A stretch of DNA of 50,682 nt, from contig JBCCHY010000002.1 in NCBI GenBank assembly GCA_039028495.1, positions 1 to 50,682 on the forward strand, written 5' to 3'. The DNA is from Patescibacteria group bacterium (GTDB lineage: Bacteria; Patescibacteriota; Saccharimonadia; Saccharimonadales; VXPC01). How positions within the stretch are numbered: position 1 is the stretch's first letter; every line of letters begins with the position of its first letter. The translations under genes were made by a program, and so were the position numbers. Shown here in pieces: positions 44,390 to 50,682 of the stretch. The notes beneath the pieces are model-generated. The model was given only the letters and a program-made list of their open reading frames with translations. It was not told the DNA's origin and ran no database searches.

Positions 44390-44791
44390 ATGAAAAGTAT
44401 GAATGCACTACGACGAAACTTAATTTGTGCAGGGTTGCTTGTTTCAGCTTATATCTTGTCAGCATGCTCAGGCGGGCTAGACATAGAAGATCCGGAGTGG
44501 CGTCAGACTGTTGAGGAAACTATAGAGGTATTAGATAGAGGCCAAGCTCTGGATATCCCTCGTACACAGTACACAGATGATGAGTATTTAGTGCGTGTGG
44601 GTAGCATTGTTGGCGGAGAGCTAGTGTATTCTCCAGTTCCTTCTGAATGCATCGAGTACAGTATAAGTGTTACAGGGATTATCGGGGCGCTCTCAGCAGA
44701 GCAGCATGTCGCGGTTGTGAGAAATGCTGCACCTCTAGGCCCGGAGTTTTGCTCGGTTGACGATGTAGTTCTACTAGATGTAGCTGGCTAG
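44390..44791 (+). CDS. Putative lipoprotein
   Basis: MKSMNALRRNLICAGLLVSAYILSAC carries a lipobox (LSAC). The upstream part of the listed ORF lacks any signal. The start is 44381 or 44390. Confidence 0.55.
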   Translation: MKSMNALRRNLICAGLLVSAYILSACSGGLDIEDPEWRQTVEETIEVLDRGQALDIPRTQYTDDEYLVRVGSIVGGELVYSPVPSECIEYSISVTGIIGALSAEQHVAVVRNAAPLGPEFCSVDDVVLLDVAG

Positions 44792-44795
44792 GCTT

Positions 44796-45116
44796 TTAAG
44801 CCATGTCAGGCATTTCCGCTTTTTCGAATATGCGTAGTGGCATATCGGCACCTAGTGGGCTATCAGCCATGATCGCCTGTGCGGCTGCCATATCTGTTGC
44901 TTGGATCATCATGTACCCTTGTGCTGGCCACATGTCTGGCTTAATCTCGCTGTAGCCACCACTTGGTGTGCCTTCAACACCATTTGCCAGAGGTGATCCC
45001 ATATCTACTAGAGAGTCTTCGTTCTTAGCCATCCAAGTCTTCCAATCATCCATGCTGCCGCCCTCGCTTGGTGCCGCATCTGGTGCCGTAAAAGCTAGTA
45101 CTAAATAAGTTTTCAT
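44796..45116 (-). CDS. Small YCII/Dabb-fold-like protein
   Basis: It is ~106 aa and begins MKTYLVLAF. A GGAGG SD lies 5 nt upstream of ATG 45116; the listed TTG start lies inside that SD. Confidence 0.4.
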   Translation of the reverse strand: MKTYLVLAFTAPDAAPSEGGSMDDWKTWMAKNEDSLVDMGSPLANGVEGTPSGGYSEIKPDMWPAQGYMMIQATDMAAAQAIMADSPLGADMPLRIFEKAEMPDMA

Positions 45117-45190
45117 AAAATCCTCCAATTTATCTACCTATTCTATCAGGTCGACAAAATGGTAGATGAATCATAAATTAGTATCAAAAA

Positions 45191-45296
45191 AGTCTGGCGA
45201 TTTACTCGACCAGACTTTTTCTCTGCTATGTGGGATGGACAGTCGGAGCAGCTACTGCTGCTCCGCACGTTAGGAAGGGAAATCCTCCCTTCCTAA
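45191..45296 (-). terminator. Three consecutive strong hairpins downstream of rplL; the last carries a T-run
   Basis: The stems are ttaggaaggga/tcccttcctaa (11 bp, 45270-96), cggagcagc/gctgctccg (9 bp, 45244-65) and agtctgg.../...ccagact (45191-216). The last is flanked by A5 and T5, so it is bidirectional. Confidence 0.7.
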
Positions 45297-45310
45297 GGAG
45301 TAAGAGTTAG

Positions 45311-45691
45311 CTACGCTAGCTCTACGGTAGCTCCCGCTTCTTCAAGCTTAGCCTTGATCTCCTCTGCCTCGTCCTTGGCTACGCCTTCTTTGACTGCTTT
45401 TGGAGCTTCGTCAACGATTGCTTTAGCCTCACCTAGGCCTAGGCCAGTGATGTCTTTAACGGCTTTGATGACTGCTACTTTTTGCGCACCAGCGTCGTTT
45501 AGCATGACGTTGAATTCGCTTTTTTCTTCGCCACCACCATCTGCGTCACCGCCAGCAGCTGGGCCAGCTACTGCTACAGCTGCTGCTGCAGGTTCGATGC
45601 CGTGCTCTTCTTTGAGGTATTCGCTTAGTTCGTTTACTTCTAGTACTGTTAGGCCAACTAGTGAGTCAGCCAGTTTCTTAATATCTGCCAT
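45311..45691 (-). CDS. rplL: 50S ribosomal protein L7/L12
   Basis: It has an N-terminal dimerisation helix, an Ala/Gly hinge and a C-terminus reading [24 protein letters not shown]...[13 protein letters not shown]. Confidence 0.95.
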   Translation of the reverse strand: MADIKKLADSLVGLTVLEVNELSEYLKEEHGIEPAAAAVAVAGPAAGGDADGGGEEKSEFNVMLNDAGAQKVAVIKAVKDITGLGLGEAKAIVDEAPKAVKEGVAKDEAEEIKAKLEEAGATVELA

Positions 45692-45702
45692 TCTTTATTC
45701 TC

Positions 45703-46227
45703 CTATGATTTACTTGCTTCGATTGCTTGCAACACGGCTGGTAGCTTGCCATTTACGGCGCTGACTACGTTTTTCGCTGGTGACTGTAGTATGTTGACTA
45801 CGCCAGCGATTAACTCGCTCTTGCTTGGTAGGTCAGCCAGGCGTGAGACGTCTTCAGCGGGCATGAACTCGCCTTCGACTGTAATACCACCGATGAATTC
45901 TAGTGGTGCCTCTGCCTCTTTGACAAATGATTTGACCGTTTGTGGTCCTGCTACTTCATCCTGGTCATTAAAGACGTAGAGAAGCATGTTGTTGAGCAGG
46001 CTTTTGTCGACGTCTTTTAGCCTATCGTCACCCTCTAGCGCTTTGATTACGAGACGGTTTTTGACGACTTTGATCGTACTACCCGTCTCTTCGGCTTTGC
46101 GTCTAAATGCCTGCATCTGTGCGACTGTCATACCTTCGTAGTTGGCAACAACAGTCATTTTTGATGACTCAAATAGCTCAGCGAGCTCTTTGATGATCTG
46201 TTCTTTATCGGTTCGGCTTAATGCCAT
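45703..46227 (-). CDS. rplJ: 50S ribosomal protein L10
   Basis: The sequence reads MALSRTDKEQII...VANYEGMTVAQMQAFRRK...KVVKNRL. An AAGGAG SD lies upstream of ATG 46227. Confidence 0.92.
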   Translation of the reverse strand: MALSRTDKEQIIKELAELFESSKMTVVANYEGMTVAQMQAFRRKAEETGSTIKVVKNRLVIKALEGDDRLKDVDKSLLNNMLLYVFNDQDEVAGPQTVKSFVKEAEAPLEFIGGITVEGEFMPAEDVSRLADLPSKSELIAGVVNILQSPAKNVVSAVNGKLPAVLQAIEASKS

Positions 46228-46294
46228 CCTATAACTCCTTAAAATGTATAGGTTAAAACGTTGATATCGACCTACCAATAAATCTTGGTAATCA

Positions 46295-46393
46295 CGCTAA
46301 CGTGCATGTACTACACCTAAAAGTTGTCACTAGTGAGGTGCCTCGGCGACAAATCAAGGATTACTCCAGTCGCTGTCTTTAGCTACGTTAGCG
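46295..46393 (-). promoter_or_regulatory. Structured 5' leader of rplJ (candidate L10-leader-type autoregulatory element)
   Basis: A 9-bp long-range helix (ACGTTAGCG 46385-93 with CGCTAACGT 46295-303) encloses two hairpins (cacct.../...aggtg and ggcgac.../...gtcgct). The family assignment is not verified. Confidence 0.35.
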
Positions 46394-46408
46394 TTATTTT
46401 ATCATCTT

Positions 46409-47452
46409 TCAAGCTATATTCAAAGATGGATGTCTAGTGGCAATATGGGGTGTTATTTTGGGGTAAATCCAGGTGTCTCTAAGCTGCTCGCTAATCTGCT
46501 GTGCATTTGTGTTCATGGTGAATCTGACACGATGCCCAAGTAGACAAGCATATTGTGCGGTAGCTAGACCGTAGTCTGCCTGTAGCTTACTGTGAACTGA
46601 AACGGCAGCATCATATGACGCCTCAAATATATCGTGCATATCTATATCGACTATTTCTTTTGGTACATCATAGCCGCTCATGGGGCTCAGAGTCTGCATC
46701 TGGACGCTCAAGGGCCCTGTACATAACAGATCTAGCAGATCACTCACCTCACAGGTTACCTCGATTTCATATCTGCAGTTAGTACGCACGGCTTTTTGCC
46801 AGGAGGTGTTTAAGGCATCGTCTAAACCAAGTGACTTCTCGGTGTATTTCATGCGAGCAATTTCTGCTTGTAGTGTGTGTCTGGGCAAATCAGAGATGCC
46901 AAACAGAACTGTTTCGATGAGACTGGATTCATTACGTGGCTCGGTGCCTAAGAAGCGGACGGACCTTGGTTCTATCTCGGGTGATTGTAGCGGAAGTTTT
47001 TGGAGGTGTGTCTGCATCAGGACATGTTCGGTGTCGTTTGGTAGCGCTTGAGTTAGTTCTTCAGCGTGCGACATCAATAGCCCGACCGGTAGGACTCGTA
47101 ATGCCCCACTTGGATCTTTCCCGGTGGAATATAGCTCTCTACTGATCTGGTAATACGCGCGTAGCTGACCAGCGATGTAAGCGATGTATTCTGTGCGGTC
47201 TCCTGACGTTAGGTTCTCGGGTATGTAGAAGTCGCTAGTACTAGATAAATTACCAAAGTAACCTGGCTCCAGCTGGCTGCCAGAGAAAACAATCTGCAGA
47301 GCTGGCCCCCGAGGAGTAGCATTGGCGGCCGGCACGAATGTTTTTGACTGTGCTCGTAGCTCGGCAATAGCGGATTCGAGCTCATCCAAACGAGATGAAT
47401 CGACTATGACTGACGTATCCCCACCCACAGGTTGCGACTGTGGTGTATCCAT
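46409..47452 (-). CDS. Hypothetical protein, possibly a degenerate ThyX-like fold
   Basis: PRHTLQAEIARMKY resembles the RHRxxSxxxxSxRY ThyX motif but lacks the second Arg and the Ser. The C-terminal AQYACLLGHRVRFTMNTNAQQISEQLRD resembles the ThyX ...Y.LP......MN.R.L.HF..LR segment. Confidence 0.3.
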   Translation of the reverse strand: MDTPQSQPVGGDTSVIVDSSRLDELESAIAELRAQSKTFVPAANATPRGPALQIVFSGSQLEPGYFGNLSSTSDFYIPENLTSGDRTEYIAYIAGQLRAYYQISRELYSTGKDPSGALRVLPVGLLMSHAEELTQALPNDTEHVLMQTHLQKLPLQSPEIEPRSVRFLGTEPRNESSLIETVLFGISDLPRHTLQAEIARMKYTEKSLGLDDALNTSWQKAVRTNCRYEIEVTCEVSDLLDLLCTGPLSVQMQTLSPMSGYDVPKEIVDIDMHDIFEASYDAAVSVHSKLQADYGLATAQYACLLGHRVRFTMNTNAQQISEQLRDTWIYPKITPHIATRHPSLNIA

Positions 47453-47543
47453 TATGTCTATATTGTATCAGAGGTGAGGTCAGCTCTCCACAGCGACGTA
47501 AGATTTGCTAGGCAAAGAGATGTTCACATCTAATGTGCGGCGG

Positions 47544-47990
47544 CTACACCTCTTGTAGATCGTCGAGGACGGCCTGGGTAGTCGGTTGGCCGGTCCATTT
47601 GCCGACTATAGAATTATCGGTGTCGTTGCGCACCTGTACTAGTGTGTGCTGCAGACGCACACCATACTTCTCTTTCAGCTCGTCCTCTGTATCATAGTCG
47701 ACTTTAATAAATGCTACGTCTGAAGGTATCTGGCCCTGGTTACGGGTTAAGCTGCCTTCTAGAGCTCTGCAAGTGCCGCACCAGCGAGCATGGAAGAAAT
47801 AGACTACTCGCTTGTCTTCAAAGCTAGTTAGATCGGCGCGGTACTCGTCATAGTCAATGAGTATTGATTCCTGCTGAGACACGGCTGCAGTGTCAGAGTC
47901 TGAAGAACTTCGGACAACGGTAAACACTCCAACACCGATCACTAGTAGTGGGAGTAAAATCCAGAGTACGTTTTTTACGGAGCTTTTCAC
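47544..47990 (-). CDS. Membrane-anchored thioredoxin-like thiol:disulfide oxidoreductase
   Basis: It has an N-terminal TM helix and FFHARWCGTCRAL (CxxC in a Trx context). It uses a GTG start, with TATACT 7 nt upstream. Confidence 0.75.
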   Translation of the reverse strand: MKSSVKNVLWILLPLLVIGVGVFTVVRSSSDSDTAAVSQQESILIDYDEYRADLTSFEDKRVVYFFHARWCGTCRALEGSLTRNQGQIPSDVAFIKVDYDTEDELKEKYGVRLQHTLVQVRNDTDNSIVGKWTGQPTTQAVLDDLQEV

Positions 47991-48093
47991 TATACATAGT
48001 ATAGCAAATCATTAGTCTGAGACAAGATTTCAGAGATGTGTGAGCTATCTGCACCAGGCGGCTTGGCTGACCTGGCTTGTTTGGGTTGTGGAT

Positions 48094-49077
48094 TTATAGG
48101 GCTATTTTTATGGAGGGGCCCATGCTGGTGGTTAGGTAAGCGCTGATTACGAAGTTGCCTTTGACGCTTGAAGGTTTGTTATTCTTAATACTCGTAATAA
48201 CTGCGTCTAGGTTCTGACCTATTTTCTCCGCGCCGAAGCTAACTTTTCCAACACTGAGATGAATGATGCCGGCTTCGTCGACACGGTACTCAACCTTACC
48301 TGCTTTTGCTTCAGATACGGCTTTTGCCACGTCTGCGTTAACTGTGCCGCTTTTTGGGCTTGGCATGAGACCTTTTGGTCCTAGAATGCGTGCGTATTTG
48401 CTGAGTCTAGCCATGACTTTAGGGCTAGCTATCAGGACGTCAAAGTTAATATCTTCTTTATCAAGCTGCTGGAGAAAATCATCATTCCCAGCGACATCGG
48501 CACCAGCATCTCTGGCTTTTTTGACATCGTCATCTTCACCAAAGACAGCTACACGAACGTCCTTGCCTGTGCCGGCTGGTAGAACAAGTGTTTCACGGAT
48601 ATTCTGATCAGCTTGACGAGGATCAACGTCGAGACGGACGTGTAGTTCCACAGAAGAGTCAAACGTGGTTGTAGAGGTTTGAACTGCTAGATCGACTGCT
48701 TCACTGACGGGGTAGACCTTTGATTTATCAATCTTTTTGTGGGCGTCTCGGTACTTTTTACTGCGGCGTTCTATGAGAGGGCGCGTTTTAGGAGCAGGAT
48801 TCTTTTTCTTGACCGGTTCTTCGGCTTCGTTATCTTTGCGCGCTTCTTTTTCAGCATCCGCTTCTGCTTCCTCTAGGGCTTTTTTGCTACGCTTACCGCT
48901 TTTTGCAAATGTTTCTCCGGTTGCTTCGACTTCAGCTGGGGCGGTTTGTTCGTCTGCGGGTGCAGCCTTGGTGCCTGCTGAAGCAATCGCCTCCTCTATC
49001 TGGGCGATAGTGTTCTTCACGCTTACGTCTAGGCCCATTTCTTTAGCGCGTGCTAGTAGATCGGCTTTCTTAGCCAT
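48094..49077 (-). CDS. rplA: 50S ribosomal protein L1 with a ~100-aa N-terminal extension
   Basis: The canonical L1 core starts near SKKYRDAHKKIDKSKVYPVSEAV and runs through VLPAGTGKDVRVAVF and LGPKGLMPSPKSGTV. The preceding ~100 aa include LLARAKEMGLDVSVKNTIAQIEEAI (a SAP/Rho-N-like helix pair) and an E/K/A-rich linker. Confidence 0.9.
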   Translation of the reverse strand: MAKKADLLARAKEMGLDVSVKNTIAQIEEAIASAGTKAAPADEQTAPAEVEATGETFAKSGKRSKKALEEAEADAEKEARKDNEAEEPVKKKNPAPKTRPLIERRSKKYRDAHKKIDKSKVYPVSEAVDLAVQTSTTTFDSSVELHVRLDVDPRQADQNIRETLVLPAGTGKDVRVAVFGEDDDVKKARDAGADVAGNDDFLQQLDKEDINFDVLIASPKVMARLSKYARILGPKGLMPSPKSGTVNADVAKAVSEAKAGKVEYRVDEAGIIHLSVGKVSFGAEKIGQNLDAVITSIKNNKPSSVKGNFVISAYLTTSMGPSIKIAL

Positions 49078-49175
49078 ATTTGTCTCTCTTCCTTGTATTT
49101 AGATGTGGTGCGTGCGGACAGTGTCCTCCCACAAATGTTATTTGTAATGCTATTTTACTACAAAAACAGTAGCAG

Positions 49176-49490
49176 TTAAAGCTCTATGACAACTTCGTCG
49201 TCAGCCAATTCATCTTCATCGTTGTCGGTAGATCGGTCATCTATGGCAGTGTCATCTGTGCCGACTGCTGCACCTGCGAGACTCAAGCTGTGAGCGCCCA
49301 TGATGGTTTGCAGGATCTGATTCTCTGCCTTTAGCTCGTAGATTAGTTCTGCCTCTTTGGCAACGAGTTCGTGCCAGATAGATAGTATGTCGTCCTTGCC
49401 TTTTCCGTGCAGGGACTCTAGGCGGTCCATGATCTCTTGCTTACGCTGATCTGCTGATTCACCTCTGTTTATCTCTCTGGCTCTACTCAT
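49176..49490 (-). CDS. Small acidic coiled-coil protein inserted between rplK and rplA
   Basis: It is 104 aa. A GGAG SD lies upstream. It has a helical centre and a D/E-rich tail, with no family recognised. Confidence 0.5.
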   Translation of the reverse strand: MSRAREINRGESADQRKQEIMDRLESLHGKGKDDILSIWHELVAKEAELIYELKAENQILQTIMGAHSLSLAGAAVGTDDTAIDDRSTDNDEDELADDEVVIEL

Positions 49491-49508
49491 TCTCTTTAGG
49501 CTCTCCGT

Positions 49509-49943
49509 CTAGTCAGCTATTTCTACACCCATACTGCGGGCTGTACCAGCGACCATCCTTTTTAGTGATTCTATTCTGTCGGTGTTCATATCAATAGCTT
49601 TTTTCTCTGCAATTTCGGTTAGTTGTGCTTGAGTGAGTTTTTTGTCTAGCTTTTCTTTGTTGGGCTCACCACTGCCCTTTTTGACACCTAGGGCTGCACG
49701 GATCAGCTCGTCAGTAGCTGCACCAACAATCCTCCAGGTCATACTGCGGTCTTCATGGATGAAGATGTGTACGGTTAGGTCCTCGCCCATGCGATCCTTG
49801 GTCTCATCGTTAAAAGGATTGATGAAATCCATCATGTTGACACCGTATTGACCGAGGGTGCTACCCACCGGTGGCGCGGCACTTGCTTGGCCACCTTTTA
49901 TTCTCATTTTGAGGGTCGCTGTTATTGGATTGCTATCTGACAT
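49509..49943 (-). CDS. rplK: 50S ribosomal protein L11
   Basis: Motifs present are GGQASAAPPVGSTLGQYGVNMMDF, GSGEPNK and the C-terminal AGTARSMG. Confidence 0.92.
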   Translation of the reverse strand: MSDSNPITATLKMRIKGGQASAAPPVGSTLGQYGVNMMDFINPFNDETKDRMGEDLTVHIFIHEDRSMTWRIVGAATDELIRAALGVKKGSGEPNKEKLDKKLTQAQLTEIAEKKAIDMNTDRIESLKRMVAGTARSMGVEIAD

Positions 49944-50205
49944 AATTTCTCCGGATTCCGTATCTATTCATGAGAGTGGTTATCTGCTCTAAGCCTGCAG
50001 CCAGAATTACTCCAGAGTACCTACATGTACACCTTCGAATCTGCGGTCGGCTTATAGCAAATAACCCTTGGCCCAGAATAGCTACTAGGGTGACTACTCT
50101 TTGGTAGTCGGTAAGTTGTTAACTAATGGCAAAGTAGTTTAGTTGAAGCTACTACTTTGACCTCAGTGCGTAACCTATAAATTCTAGACTAAAACGTTGT
50201 AATTT

Positions 50206-50604
50206 TCAATTCTTGATTTTTATGCCGTAGCTTGCAGCCAGCTCTTGAGAGAGTGTGATTAACTGATGTTGACTGAGTATGAAGTTGCGCATGTACTTGA
50301 ATCCGTCTATATCAGATATTTGGCAGTCACTCAGATCTAAGCTAGGTTTGACTGAAACACGAGTAAGGCTAATTGTTTCGAACGTGCATTGGTCGAAGTA
50401 GTTAGCTTTGGTGAGGCGGCTATCATCGAATTTGACATCGTTAAACAAGCAGTTAGTGAAATGCGTGTCTTTGATATCCATATCCATAAGGCTGACCAGT
50501 TGGAATTTGCAGTTTATAAAGGTGCACCCACGAAGGAGTACCTTGCTCATATCGACCCCCATGAAGCTACAACCGTTAAATGAGCGTCGACTCCCACTCG
50601 CCAA
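50206..50604 (-). CDS. Pentapeptide-repeat protein
   Basis: It carries tandem A(D/N)LxX-type quintets: FNGCSFMGVDMSKVLLRGCTFINCKFQLVSLMDMDIKDTHFTNCLFNDVKFDDSRLTKANYFDQCTFE. The start is uncertain (the listed start is TTG). Confidence 0.7.
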   Translation of the reverse strand: MASGSRRSFNGCSFMGVDMSKVLLRGCTFINCKFQLVSLMDMDIKDTHFTNCLFNDVKFDDSRLTKANYFDQCTFETISLTRVSVKPSLDLSDCQISDIDGFKYMRNFILSQHQLITLSQELAASYGIKIKN

Positions 50605-50682
50605 ATATATTCCCCTTTTTTGCTTCTAGTCGTGCCCAAAACACCTACTTCTGTAGCTACTAGCACTTTGAAAAACTCTAAA

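Noticed and set aside
49944-50205. The 260-nt region upstream of rplK, as a possible nusG remnant or L11/L1 leader
   Set aside because: No ORF remnant with NusG-like KOW or NGN motifs is visible. Two hairpins are present (caaagtagt/actactttg and gactac/gtagtc), but I cannot relate them to a known leader. It is left unannotated.
1-50682. CRISPR arrays, reverse transcriptase/DGR, transposases, integrases, rRNA, and alternative genetic code (UGA=Gly)
   Set aside because: No regularly spaced direct repeats, no RT, transposase or integrase motifs and no rRNA-like sequence were seen. TGA clearly functions as a stop (e.g. at 32576 and 25396), and long ORFs are intact under the standard code.

Overview
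This is a compact, roughly 90% coding bacterial window with about 60 CDS and one intact tRNA. No rRNA, CRISPR array, transposase, integrase or reverse transcriptase was recognised. The standard genetic code appears to be in use: TGA serves as a stop and long ORFs are intact. Many small membrane or secreted orphan proteins sit among a minimal housekeeping set, which suggests a reduced-genome lineage such as Patescibacteria/CPR, perhaps Saccharibacteria-like. That taxonomic call is inference only. GC content was not computed.

The recognisable housekeeping genes are listed below.
- Replication and repair: dnaX-ybaB-recR, dnaB, a UvrD-type helicase fused to a PD-(D/E)xK nuclease, and an AlkA-like glycosylase.
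- Translation: an interrupted rplK-rplA-rplJ-rplL cluster, cysS, queA, a DEAD-box helicase and tRNA-Gln(UUG).
- Metabolism: thrC, a CobO-type adenosyltransferase, an aldo/keto reductase and an aldose-1-epimerase-like protein.
- Transport and ion homeostasis: an aquaporin, CorA, a minimal K+ channel, an AI-2E permease and a His-rich COG0523 GTPase.
- Signalling and envelope: an OmpR/HisKA two-component pair, a secreted S8 protease, an HExxH protease, an SNase-like nuclease and an OmpA-like protein.

The most unusual signals are as follows.
1. The tRNA-Gln gene lies in a ~460-nt non-coding nest of its own 5' and 3' fragments plus three CC-AGU-GG hairpins.
2. A 163-bp nested imperfect palindrome fills a divergent promoter region.
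3. The ribosomal protein cluster is interrupted by three non-ribosomal genes, and L1 carries a ~100-aa N-terminal extension.
4. A recurrent -10 box lies 6-7 nt upstream of start codons, implying leaderless mRNAs.
5. dnaX carries an in-frame A_AAA_AAG heptamer.
6. Several orphan gene pairs have nuclease- or hydrolase-like motifs.

All protein calls rest on motif recognition by eye. No database search was run.
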